This document shows, in pieces, positions 8,714-17,447 of a stretch of DNA of 37,759 nt; the first letter of the stretch is position 1; the number at the start of each line of letters is the position of its first letter. Position numbers and translations under genes: made by a program. The notes beneath the pieces are model-generated. The model was not told the origin of the DNA, made no database searches, and worked only from the letters and a program-made list of their open reading frames with translations. The stretch comes from Candidatus Iainarchaeum sp. (lineage in GTDB: Archaea; Iainarchaeota; Iainarchaeia; Iainarchaeales; JAFGBZ01), in the NCBI GenBank assembly GCA_043817715.1, contig JBDRGO010000043.1, positions 1 through 37,759 of the forward strand, written 5' to 3'.

Positions 8714-9229
8714 ATGGAACTGAAAATTGATTTATCCAACAAAAGAACCATTGCAGGAATAATTGTTTTAGTATGCATTCTGGCAATGGTTTTTTACCTT
8801 CCGAGTATTTTAGAGCAGTCAAATCCTGATGTATGCACTATTGACGGAGTATGCCAGCATGAGGAAAGGCTTAATTTTCTTACCCAACTAATTCCTGTAT
8901 TCATTTTCGGCGGAATAATTATAGGCGCTGTTGTTTTCTTTTTCATGACTTCAAAGCTTGAAAATAAGCAGAAAGAAATGGAAAAAACAGTGAATGCATT
9001 AATCCAGTTTCTGAATAAGGATGAAAAAAGAGTTGTGGAAAAAATCCTTGAATCAAACGGAAAAATAATGCAGTCAGAAATTTCAAGAATTGAAGGAATC
9101 GGAAAATTAAAAAGCCACAGGATTCTGCAAAGGCTTTCGGACAGGAAAGTAATTGAAATTGAAAGGCACGGCAAAACAAATATAGTGAAATTAAGCAAAA
9201 ACATTCAGGAAGCGCTTCTGAACAAGTGA
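8714..9229 (+). CDS. membrane-anchored winged-helix transcriptional regulator
   Basis: Two TM helices flank a CTIDGVCQHEE loop. The C-terminal wHTH reads MQSEISRIEGIGKLKSHRILQRLSDRKVIEIERHGKTN. First ATG is at 8714; the track ORF starts at a TTG at 8693. Confidence 0.6.
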   Translation: MELKIDLSNKRTIAGIIVLVCILAMVFYLPSILEQSNPDVCTIDGVCQHEERLNFLTQLIPVFIFGGIIIGAVVFFFMTSKLENKQKEMEKTVNALIQFLNKDEKRVVEKILESNGKIMQSEISRIEGIGKLKSHRILQRLSDRKVIEIERHGKTNIVKLSKNIQEALLNK

Positions 9230-10515
9230 TTGAATTGATTTTAGTAATCCATTACAGCGAAATCGCTACAAAAGGAAAAAACAGGAATTTGTTTGAAAAC
9301 CAGTTAATGGATAATATAAGGAATTCCATGGGAAAAAATGTAAAAGTGTTTAAAAGATATGGAAAAATTTTATGTGAATCAGGTGAAGAAAGAAAAGGAA
9401 AAACAGAAAATGAATTGAAAAACAGAAAAAAAGAAAAAACTGAATTAAATGAAAAAACAAAAAAAAAAGAATTAAAAAAAGAAAATACAAAATTAACTGA
9501 ATTAAATGATGAAAAGCAAAAAAAAGAATTGGCTGAAATTTTAAAATTAATTCCAGGAATAGCCAATTTTTCTTTTGCAATGGAAGCAAAACTTGAAATA
9601 AAAGACATTGAAAAGAAATGCATTGAAATTTTGAAAGGAAAGGAATTCAATTCATTTAAAGTAAATGCTTCAAGGTCAAACAAAAACTTCAAATTAAATT
9701 CAATGGAATTAAACCAGAAATTGGGGGAGCACATAATAAATAAATTAAATAAAAAAGTTGACCTGCATTCCCCTGAATTAACTGTTTTTATTGAAGTCGG
9801 AGAAAAGGAGGCATTTGTTTACTGCGAGAAATTCTGCGGAGTAGGCGGACTGCCTGTGGGCAGTTCAGGAAAAGTAATTTCTTCCCTGTCAGGAGGAATT
9901 GATTCCCCTGTTGCATCATTCATGATGATGAAGCGAGGGTGCAAAGTTGTTTTTGCCCATGTATTCAACAAATCAATTGAAGGAAAAGCAGTGCTTTCAA
10001 AAATTGAGTCATTGGTGAAGGAACTGAATAAAATCCAATTGAATTCAAAATTATATGTAATTAAATTTGAGGAAATCCAGAAAGAACTAATTGCAAACAT
10101 TCCATCAAAATACAGAATGATTGCATATAGAAGGGCAATGATGAAATTAATGAATTTGATTGCGGAAAAGGAAAAAGCTAAGGCAGTTGTTACCGGCGAC
10201 AATGTCGGGCAGGTTGCATCCCAAACAATTGAAAACATTCAATGCATTTATGAAGCAAGCAAACTGCCTGTTTTGGCCCCATTAATCGGGTTCAATAAAG
10301 AGGAAATCATTGAATTATCTAAAAAAATCAAAACTTACGGGCATTCAATCCTGCCTTACCCTGACTGCTGTTCATTCATGATTGCAAAGCACCCTGAAAC
10401 AAAAGGCAGATTAATTGATTTGAAAAAATTAGAAGAAGGAATTCCTGAACTAAATGAATTGATTGAAAAAGCAGTAAAGGATGCGGAAATAAAAATAATT
10501 AATGAAACCTACTGA
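9226..10515 (+). CDS. thiI: tRNA 4-thiouridine synthase ThiI-like (THUMP + PP-loop)
   Basis: 429 aa with the PP-loop SGGIDSPVA and GDNVGQVASQT. GTG start overlaps the upstream stop. Contains a K/E-rich insert. Confidence 0.8.
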   Translation: MIELILVIHYSEIATKGKNRNLFENQLMDNIRNSMGKNVKVFKRYGKILCESGEERKGKTENELKNRKKEKTELNEKTKKKELKKENTKLTELNDEKQKKELAEILKLIPGIANFSFAMEAKLEIKDIEKKCIEILKGKEFNSFKVNASRSNKNFKLNSMELNQKLGEHIINKLNKKVDLHSPELTVFIEVGEKEAFVYCEKFCGVGGLPVGSSGKVISSLSGGIDSPVASFMMMKRGCKVVFAHVFNKSIEGKAVLSKIESLVKELNKIQLNSKLYVIKFEEIQKELIANIPSKYRMIAYRRAMMKLMNLIAEKEKAKAVVTGDNVGQVASQTIENIQCIYEASKLPVLAPLIGFNKEEIIELSKKIKTYGHSILPYPDCCSFMIAKHPETKGRLIDLKKLEEGIPELNELIEKAVKDAEIKIINETY

Positions 10516-10587
10516 AAAGCAAATTAAAAAGCGGAAATAAAAATAATTAAATAATCCAGAAACAGTATATCTTCAGGTGATTTTTTT

Positions 10588-10989
10588 ATGGATTTTGGAA
10601 AATTTGTTATTTCAGGAATTCTTGCAGGAATTGTTTTATTCATTGCAATGATGGTTTTTGGTTTCATTGTTCAGGCAGTAATGCCATATAATGCCATGGA
10701 ATTTGGGGGAATGCGTTCAGTTGATGACCCGTTAATGTGGCTGTTCTTTGTTTCGCCCTGGATTACAGGCTTTGCAATGGCATTGGTTTATCCGATGATT
10801 AAACTGGACGGTTCAGCAGCAAAAAAAGGAATAAGATTCGGCTTAATGGTCTGGGTTCTGTCAATAATTCCAAGCGCATTCATTGTTTTCACCAGCATGA
10901 ATTACCCTTTGGGTTTTACACTGGACCAGGTATTCGGAAATTTTTTCGGATTGGTTGCAGCAGGAATAATTATTGCAAAAATGATGTAA
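10588..10989 (+). CDS. hypothetical polytopic membrane protein
   Basis: 133 aa with four hydrophobic segments. AGGTGAT SD lies 7 nt upstream. Confidence 0.5.
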   Translation: MDFGKFVISGILAGIVLFIAMMVFGFIVQAVMPYNAMEFGGMRSVDDPLMWLFFVSPWITGFAMALVYPMIKLDGSAAKKGIRFGLMVWVLSIIPSAFIVFTSMNYPLGFTLDQVFGNFFGLVAAGIIIAKMM

Positions 10990-11029
10990 ATTGCGATGCA
11001 GAATAAGATTACTGCAAGGAGGAAAAAAA

Positions 11030-11086
11030 ATGGCTTGTGGAAGATGCAAACAAAAAAAAACAGCTAAAAAGAAAAAAGGAAAATAA
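11030..11086 (+). CDS. candidate 18-aa basic peptide MACGRCKQKKTAKKKKGK
   Basis: AAGGAGG at 11016-11022, 7 nt before the ATG. Otherwise this is an A-rich short ORF. Confidence 0.3.
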   Translation: MACGRCKQKKTAKKKKGK

Positions 11087-11125
11087 ATTTTTTCTTTTAA
11101 TTTTTTTAATTCATTTTAATTTTTT

Positions 11126-11290
11126 TATTTAATTTTAATTTGCTTTATTTAATTTCTTTTTGATTTTATTTAATTTTAATTTACTTTTATTTAATTTCTT
11201 TTAAATTTTTTATTTAATTCCTTTCTGGTTTTTTATTTAATTTTATTTAATTCCACGTTATTTTTTAATTCCTTTTAATTTTTTATTTAC
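11126..11290. repeat. phased array of TATTTAATT 9-mers (iteron-like)
   Basis: Copies start at 11126, 11146, 11167, 11188, 11211, 11234 and 11244. Alternate units are near identical, giving a 41-42 bp higher-order repeat. It lies in a 255-bp non-coding tract. Confidence 0.8.
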
Positions 11291-11341
11291 TTTCTTTGCT
11301 TTTGCTTTTTTTTAATCTGATTTTTTTATATTTTTCCGGAT

Positions 11342-12076
11342 TTAATCAGATTCAATTCTCGGCGCCAGAAAATAAGTGATTTTTGCCTTTCCAATTTCAT
11401 AATCCAGTTTAATCGGCGCATTGGATTTCATGCTTAAAACCAATTCTGTTCCCGCGCCCTTCAGCATATCAGTCAAATAATCCAATGGAAACATTGCTCT
11501 TGAATCTGCCTTTACCTTGAATTCCTGCATTTCTTTTTTGTCGGTTATGTTTTCAAGTTTTCCTTTGGATGAATTTGCCTTTACGCTCATCTGTGTTTCA
11601 TTGACTTCAATCAGAACATGGGTTGCAATTAACTGTGCGTCCTTTAATGCATCCCCTAAAACCCTTGAATTTAATTTAAGCACTGCATCAAAATCAATTT
11701 TCGGGGAAGGGATTTCGCCTGCAGAAACATCAATTAATGGAATTGAAAAGCTTCTGGTGGAACCGCCTTTAAATGTTATTTTCAAAGAGCTTTCCCCTTC
11801 AGGCAAATCAATTACCAAAGCATCATCTGATTTTGTCCTGCTCATTACCTGCGAAAAATAATCTAGGTCAAGCCCTAACCGGGTTTCTTTTTTTAAATCA
11901 AATTTTTTGAACCCTTCTTTGGGAAAAACAAAGTCAACCATTGAAATCTGGCTTGGGTCTGTTGCCTTCAGTTCCAAGCCCTTGTCATTTACAATTAATT
12001 CCGCTTCATCAATTAAAACGCTTATTGCATCAATGCATTTCTTGAAATCGCCTGCATTTTCCAGTTCAAGCCTCAT
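11342..12076 (-). CDS. pcn: DNA polymerase sliding clamp PCNA
   Basis: 244 aa. The archaeal PCNA pattern is seen along the whole length (AISVLIDEA...GLELKATDPSQISMV...FPLDYL...). SD-like GTGATTTTAAATG upstream. Confidence 0.9.
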   Translation of the reverse strand: MRLELENAGDFKKCIDAISVLIDEAELIVNDKGLELKATDPSQISMVDFVFPKEGFKKFDLKKETRLGLDLDYFSQVMSRTKSDDALVIDLPEGESSLKITFKGGSTRSFSIPLIDVSAGEIPSPKIDFDAVLKLNSRVLGDALKDAQLIATHVLIEVNETQMSVKANSSKGKLENITDKKEMQEFKVKADSRAMFPLDYLTDMLKGAGTELVLSMKSNAPIKLDYEIGKAKITYFLAPRIESD

Positions 12077-12082
12077 TTAAAA

Positions 12083-12400
12083 TCACTTTAATCTTTCTTG
12101 CTTTTCCAGTTCAATTATTTCATTCAGAATTTCAAGCTCTTTTTCGGAAACAACTTCAATATTCTTCACATTAAAGAATTCATCGTTATTATTATAAATC
12201 ATCTCCCCGATTGCCCTCACAAATTCATTTGCCCTGGCTTTGGACAAAGCCTTTTTTTCAATGAACACCAGCCTGATTTTTTCATTTGAAATAAGTTCAA
12301 GTTCCGCAACCGCCTCCGAGGAATTGAATGAAATTATTTTTCCATACAAAGCAGAAAGCTTTTTTTCAGGTAGTCCCTTCAAAGAAAAAAATTCATTCAT
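12083..12400 (-). CDS. hypothetical small protein, co-transcribed with PCNA
   Basis: 105-aa ORF that stops 7 nt before the PCNA start. Same SD type (AGTGATTTAAATG). Confidence 0.5.
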   Translation of the reverse strand: MNEFFSLKGLPEKKLSALYGKIISFNSSEAVAELELISNEKIRLVFIEKKALSKARANEFVRAIGEMIYNNNDEFFNVKNIEVVSEKELEILNEIIELEKQERLK

Positions 12401-12410
12401 TTAAATCACT

Positions 12411-13166
12411 TCAGGGAAAAATGCATTCCTGCCCTTTAGGACAGCCTGACAATAACAACAGCATATCATCAACAAGCAGAAGCTTAACATAGCCTATTAA
12501 TGGAATCATAAAAACCGCTTTTCCGTTCAGCTGTCCCTGCTGCAGCGGATATAATTCAATGCAGGGCTTTGCAGGAATTCCATTAATTACTTCCCCGCAG
12601 TCCTCGTCAACATTAGTATTAGTAATTTTATTGTCCCCTTTGGTTAAATAATAAGTCCCGTCCTGAACCTTTAATTTTGCAATTGCCCTGTGAATTATCG
12701 GCTTTCTTTTCAGAAATGAATTATAAACAATTATATCGCCTTCAGTATTCAGTTCAATTCTCTGGCCGTCAAAAAATTCAATTGCTTTTGTCTGCTTTGA
12801 AGAATCATTTTCATACCCCAATGATTTTGCAATTTCAGAATAAGAAACCCCTTTCAATGAACTTAAATTAAGTTCAACTTCCTGTGCATTAATTCCTTCA
12901 GGCCCAGCATTAACAATGAAAAGAACATCCCCTCTATGAAGAGAAGGCTCCATTGAACCGGAAACAACAACAACAATCGGGCTTACTGTCCCGAACAAAA
13001 AGCCCAGCAACTGGTATGCAATAAATGCAAAAACAAAGGCAGAAATTAAGTAAACAATCCAGTTAATTGTTTCGTTTTTTTTCGGATTAATTGCAGGCAA
13101 AACAAATTCATCCACATAAGTAAATGGATCCAGCCATCTGAGTTTTTTCCTTATTTTTTCAAACAT
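12411..13166 (-). CDS. signal peptidase I, archaeal/ER type (S26B)
   Basis: N-terminal TM segment, catalytic SGSMEPSLHRGD, and IIHRAIA. Confidence 0.85.
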   Translation of the reverse strand: MFEKIRKKLRWLDPFTYVDEFVLPAINPKKNETINWIVYLISAFVFAFIAYQLLGFLFGTVSPIVVVVSGSMEPSLHRGDVLFIVNAGPEGINAQEVELNLSSLKGVSYSEIAKSLGYENDSSKQTKAIEFFDGQRIELNTEGDIIVYNSFLKRKPIIHRAIAKLKVQDGTYYLTKGDNKITNTNVDEDCGEVINGIPAKPCIELYPLQQGQLNGKAVFMIPLIGYVKLLLVDDMLLLLSGCPKGQECIFP

Positions 13167-13221
13167 TTAAAAAACACCAAGTTTTTTAAAATTAAATTGC
13201 TTGCAATTTAAATCACGGCAA

Positions 13222-13497
13222 TCAAAGGGCTTTTTTTAATTTTGCAGTGAATTCATCCAGTTCATCCTGGATTTCCTTTACTGCTGAACTCAGCGCCTTT
13301 ACAGGATCCTTTCCGCCTGCCATGCGCAGAACAAAAACAGAATCAGTATCCAAAGGATGGTTTAATTTATATGAAACAAATTCCACGTCCTTGCCTTCAA
13401 CAAGCTTTGCTTTCAGCAGATTGGGAACCGTATGCCTTTCCCCGATTAATTTGAATTCAATCAAAGATTTTTCCTTCGAAATTATTTCTATTTTCAT
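13222..13497 (-). CDS. rpoL: DNA-directed RNA polymerase subunit L (Rpo11)
   Basis: 91 aa with FKLIGERHTVPNLLK...SYKLNHPL. Confidence 0.85.
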   Translation of the reverse strand: MKIEIISKEKSLIEFKLIGERHTVPNLLKAKLVEGKDVEFVSYKLNHPLDTDSVFVLRMAGGKDPVKALSSAVKEIQDELDEFTAKLKKAL

Positions 13498-13526
13498 TTA
13501 ATGACCTCTTTTTATTTTACAATAAT

Positions 13527-14081
13527 TTATTTTACAATATAATCATTTGAAATTTTTCTTTTTTCAATGTTTCCGCATTCAACGCATTTAAGCGTTTTTT
13601 CCTCAAGCTTTAACGGCGAACGGCATTTAATGCAGTACGCCTTGACAACGCCAAGAAATGGCTCTTTAATTGACAAGTCAATTCCCTGCCTGCTTACCTC
13701 AACCACTTTTGCCTTAACATAATCCCCTAATCTTGCAACATCCTTCAATGAATCAACAAATGAATTGCTTACCTCAAAAATAAACAATGCTGCAGAACCC
13801 TGGACTGAAATTTTTTTTCCGTCTTTTTCTGCCTGAAACAAATGCAGAATAAGCATTTTTTCCTTTGCCATCATTACCCTGCCGAAAACAATCGCGCCCT
13901 TGTTTAATGAAATTTTTGAATTATTCCTTGAAACAATCACTTTTTTCTCTTTTAAATCAACCTGCTTTTCGCCTACAAGAAAGCTGTTAATGTTTCCTTT
14001 TTCATCAACAAAAACATTTTCATCAGGAAGGAATTCCTCTTCAGTGCATAAAAAAGAGCCTGGAAAAACTATTTCACCCAA
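13527..14081 (-). CDS. csl4: exosome complex RNA-binding subunit Csl4
   Basis: 184 aa. An S1-like central domain plus a C-terminal zinc ribbon CIKCRSP...CVECG. Confidence 0.8.
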   Translation of the reverse strand: MGEIVFPGSFLCTEEEFLPDENVFVDEKGNINSFLVGEKQVDLKEKKVIVSRNNSKISLNKGAIVFGRVMMAKEKMLILHLFQAEKDGKKISVQGSAALFIFEVSNSFVDSLKDVARLGDYVKAKVVEVSRQGIDLSIKEPFLGVVKAYCIKCRSPLKLEEKTLKCVECGNIEKRKISNDYIVK

Positions 14082-14193
14082 AATTAATTCACCTAAAAAA
14101 AAGAGTTTACTGCAATTCTCTTTTCAACTTATATACTTAAAACTTAAGGAAATATATTTAAACCATGTTGACGCTTTCTTAAAGGGGAGTAAA

Positions 14194-15084
14194 ATGGTTC
14201 TGGAAGCAATATTTGACTCAATAACAGTCAAAAGGCACCCGTGGTTTGTTTTCTTTACTGCATTAATTGCTTCAAGCATAGCAATATGGCTTTCATATTA
14301 CACTTTTCCTGAAACCTCAAGCATTCTGGCCCTGGCATTTATTACCATTGCTTTTGTGCCGTTAATCCATTCAATGTTTGTTGAAGAAGAAGAAAAAGAA
14401 ATCCATATGAAAGGAAGCAGTTTTGGTTTTTTATTCAGGCACAAAAGCCTTATTTCAGTTTATGCATGGATTTTTTTGGGAATAATGTTTTCATATGTTT
14501 TCTGGTTTGCCGTACTGCCTGCAGCACAGCCTGATTACTGCATTTCAGGAAATTCAATTGAATGCATGCTTCCGACAAAAGACAAGGTTTTCATGGAGCA
14601 AAGCAAAACAATGACTGCAATAAGCGGAAAGGCAGTTTTGCATGGAAAAGCCGTGGGAGTCAATGAATGCAAAAACCCTGAAACAAAAAACATGTGGGCA
14701 TGCACTGAACTGATTTTCATGAACAATTCACTGGTAATGGGACTCGCAATTTTATTTTCATTTATATGGGGTGCAGGGGCAATATTTTTAATCGGATGGA
14801 ATGCATCAGTAATCGGTTCATTCATTGGATTTGAAGCAATATCCAGCCACAGCACCGCGGTCGCAAGATTTTTGAGCTATCTTCCGCATGGAACATTTGA
14901 AGTAATGGGTTATTTCATCGGGGCAATTGCAGGGGGAATAATTTCAATTGCAATAACAAAAAAGAAATACGGAAAACACGAATTCTCATTAATTGCAAGA
15001 GATGCATTAACATTAATTGTGATAGCTTATTGGGTTTTATTAATCGGAGCGGTTGTTGAAGCATGGCTGTTGGTGATGAGTTAA
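14194..15084 (+). CDS. SpoIIM/DUF95-family integral membrane protein
   Basis: ATG at 14194 is preceded by GGGGAG. GAGAIFLIGWNASVIGSFIG and a polytopic profile fit the family. The upstream 98 codons of the track ORF are antisense to csl4. Confidence 0.55.
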   Translation: MVLEAIFDSITVKRHPWFVFFTALIASSIAIWLSYYTFPETSSILALAFITIAFVPLIHSMFVEEEEKEIHMKGSSFGFLFRHKSLISVYAWIFLGIMFSYVFWFAVLPAAQPDYCISGNSIECMLPTKDKVFMEQSKTMTAISGKAVLHGKAVGVNECKNPETKNMWACTELIFMNNSLVMGLAILFSFIWGAGAIFLIGWNASVIGSFIGFEAISSHSTAVARFLSYLPHGTFEVMGYFIGAIAGGIISIAITKKKYGKHEFSLIARDALTLIVIAYWVLLIGAVVEAWLLVMS

Positions 15085-15138
15085 TTTTTTACTGAAAATA
15101 AAAGAAACAAAAATAAAATTTTTTAATTGCTTATTACC

Positions 15139-16086
15139 TCACTTTTTCTTTAATTTCTTTCCAGTAAGTTTTTCAATTAACGGCGCATATTTTTCAAATG
15201 CTGAATCTAATTCGGTTTGAGAAATTGCTGTTTTTCCCCCGCCAACAAGCGATGCAAGGTTGGTTAATTCCATTGGGAAAATGAATTTGGTTGAAGGGGA
15301 ATCCCCTAATTTTTTCAATGCTTCAATGTAATAGTATGCAACTGCCTTGTCACTTAAGTGTTCTGCAGCTTCTTTTACTGCATTAATTTCTGCTTTTGTT
15401 GCTTCAGCTAAATGCAATCTGGCAGTCATTCTGGATAAAGCTGCTTTTTCTTCATGCATTGCAGTTAAAACTGCTTCAGGAATATCCAAGTCTTTTATTT
15501 CTGCTGCTTCAATTGCAATACCCCAGTTTTTGGAAACTTTTTCCAAAGCAGTAATCAATTTATTGTTCAATTCATCGATGTTTGAAATTGCCTCGCTTAA
15601 AGTCATTGAACCAATAATGTTTCTTACTGTTGCAATAACATATAATTCTGTTGCAGAAACATAATTTTCAACTTCAACAACTGAATTAATTACTGCGTCC
15701 TTGTCTTTTTTCACTTTCAAATAAATTACTGCATCAACCCTTAATTCAATATTGTCTTTTGTTACTACGTCCTGCTTTGCCACATCAATTGTCTTGACCC
15801 TTAAATCAACTTTAGTAAAATCCTCAATCATAGGAATAAGAAAAGCCCATCCTGGGCCTCCGACTCTTCTGACTTTTCCAAAACGAAAAATCACCGCCCT
15901 TTCATAATCCTTTAAAAAAATAATGAACGGAAACTTAATTATTACTGCAAGAACAATTAAAATCAGCAGAACCCAAACCCAGTTTTCAGTTAACTGGTCC
16001 CTGAACAAAACCAGCAATAAAATAAATGCAATCAAAATAAGCAGTATAATCAGAAAAATTCCTTTTTTTGTCTGGCTTTTACTCAC
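15139..16086 (-). CDS. SPFH/band-7 (stomatin/prohibitin-like) membrane protein
   Basis: 315 aa. N-terminal TM segments, then YERAVIFRFGK...GPGWAFLIP, followed by a coiled-coil tail. Confidence 0.85.
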   Translation of the reverse strand: MSKSQTKKGIFLIILLILIAFILLLVLFRDQLTENWVWVLLILIVLAVIIKFPFIIFLKDYERAVIFRFGKVRRVGGPGWAFLIPMIEDFTKVDLRVKTIDVAKQDVVTKDNIELRVDAVIYLKVKKDKDAVINSVVEVENYVSATELYVIATVRNIIGSMTLSEAISNIDELNNKLITALEKVSKNWGIAIEAAEIKDLDIPEAVLTAMHEEKAALSRMTARLHLAEATKAEINAVKEAAEHLSDKAVAYYYIEALKKLGDSPSTKFIFPMELTNLASLVGGGKTAISQTELDSAFEKYAPLIEKLTGKKLKKK

Positions 16087-16205
16087 TTTAAATCACTTAT
16101 AATAATAACTAATATTAATAAATACTTAAATGATTATATTTAAATATTCGGTTAAAGCAAATTGAACCAAAAACAGGGATTAATCCCTAAAATTAAGGTT
16201 TTAAA

Positions 16206-17447
16206 ATGAAGGAAAAAAATGTATTGGTTCTGGCAATTGACAGGGACAATGATTTAGGGCATAAAACAGGCATTGCCGGACCGGTAATAGGAAGAAAAGA
16301 AAACTTAAAGGCAGCTGCAAAGCTGGCGTTATCTGACCCTTCAGAAAGCGATGCAAACTGCATGTTCGGCGCAGTAAAGAAATTCGAGGAACTGAAAACC
16401 GAATTCTCCAATGTAGAAATTGCAACATTAACAGGCCATTCCAAGGAAGGATTTGAATCAGACAAAAAAATCAATGAACAACTGGATGCAGTAATGGAAA
16501 AATTCCATGCAGAAGCATTTGTTCTGGTTACTGACGGAGGAGAAGATGACCAAACAATCCCGATTCTTCAGTCAAGAGCGCCGATTATTTCAAAGGAATT
16601 AATTATTGTCAAGCAGGCAAAAGAAGTTGAATCAATTTATTTCACAATAATAAATGCATTAAAGGAGCCAAGCATTAAAAGAATTGTTTTCCTGATTCCG
16701 GGAATAATTGTTTTATTGTATGGAGTATTGTTTTTTCTTGGCTCGGAAAAATTATTTCTGCAAATCATCAGTTTAGTTATAGGAATTTATTTAATTCTGA
16801 AAGGAACAGGGCTTGAAGAAATAATTGCGGAAGGAATTTCAACAATAACCAATTCAATTTCACTGCAAAGAGTAAGCTTTCCTTTTTACTTAATTACAAT
16901 TATTCTGCTGATTTTAGGAATTTATTCTTCCTGGTTTGCCTATTCAACAGGTGAAGGGACAATTTTAATGAAAGCCACAGAAATCATTAAGCAGATTCTT
17001 TTGTTCGGGGCATTAAGTGCTTTAAGCTTTGTGCTGGGCGTAAGCGTTGATTCAATTCATTTAAAGAAAGCATTTTATTTAAGGAATTATTTTTTAAGCG
17101 CAACAGCAATTGTGATTTTATGGTTTATTCTGGATTCAGCCAGGGCAGTCCTTGTAGGGGAACCGCAGGCATCACTTGAATGGCTTGTAATTAATATCAT
17201 AATTTCATTTGCTTTGGCATTAATTGCATACAGGATTTCAGGAATCCTTGATTTAAGGAAAAAAATCACCAGATTATTAATCGGACTGCCTGTTTACTCA
17301 AAAAAAGGGGAATGGCTTGGAAGGGTGACTGAAACACATAAAGAAAATAATTCAATTAAATTCAATGACACAAAATCAAAAAAAGAAATTACTTTAGAAA
17401 AAGGAAAATTCATGCTGAAAGGCGGAAGAGTATTATTAGTGGGCTAA
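16206..17447 (+). CDS. DUF373-like archaeal membrane protein
   Basis: The soluble N-domain reads [13 protein letters not shown]...[10 protein letters not shown] polytopic core follows. The C-terminal about 60 aa look PRC-barrel-like. Confidence 0.55.
   Translation: MKEKNVLVLAIDRDNDLGHKTGIAGPVIGRKENLKAAAKLALSDPSESDANCMFGAVKKFEELKTEFSNVEIATLTGHSKEGFESDKKINEQLDAVMEKFHAEAFVLVTDGGEDDQTIPILQSRAPIISKELIIVKQAKEVESIYFTIINALKEPSIKRIVFLIPGIIVLLYGVLFFLGSEKLFLQIISLVIGIYLILKGTGLEEIIAEGISTITNSISLQRVSFPFYLITIILLILGIYSSWFAYSTGEGTILMKATEIIKQILLFGALSALSFVLGVSVDSIHLKKAFYLRNYFLSATAIVILWFILDSARAVLVGEPQASLEWLVINIIISFALALIAYRISGILDLRKKITRLLIGLPVYSKKGEWLGRVTETHKENNSIKFNDTKSKKEITLEKGKFMLKGGRVLLVG

Noticed and set aside
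9252-9734. Antisense ORFs of 160 and 79 aa opposite the ThiI K/E-rich insert. Similar shadows occur at 35400-35780, 31013-31589, 25500-25906 and 17478-18456.
   Set aside because: They are Phe/Leu/Ser-rich mirror images of purine-rich coding sequence on the other strand. They have no start context and fully overlap confidently assigned genes.
11087-11341. Possible CRISPR array in the repeat-rich tract.
   Set aside because: The repeats are only 9 bp long with a period of about 21 bp. The 'spacers' are themselves repetitive T-rich sequence. There are no cas genes in the window.
11314-11352. 9-bp inverted repeat AATCTGATT / AATCAGATT spanning the PCNA stop codon.
   Set aside because: The loop is 21 nt and the stem is AT-rich. 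On the PCNA transcript it is followed by an A-run rather than a U-run, so support for a terminator is weak.
13900-14193. The 5' 98 codons of the 394-aa track ORF 13900-15084.
   Set aside because: This part is antisense to the well-supported csl4 gene and has low-complexity composition. A GGGGAG-preceded ATG at 14194 begins the hydrophobic SpoIIM-like protein. The extension is treated as an ORF-caller artefact.
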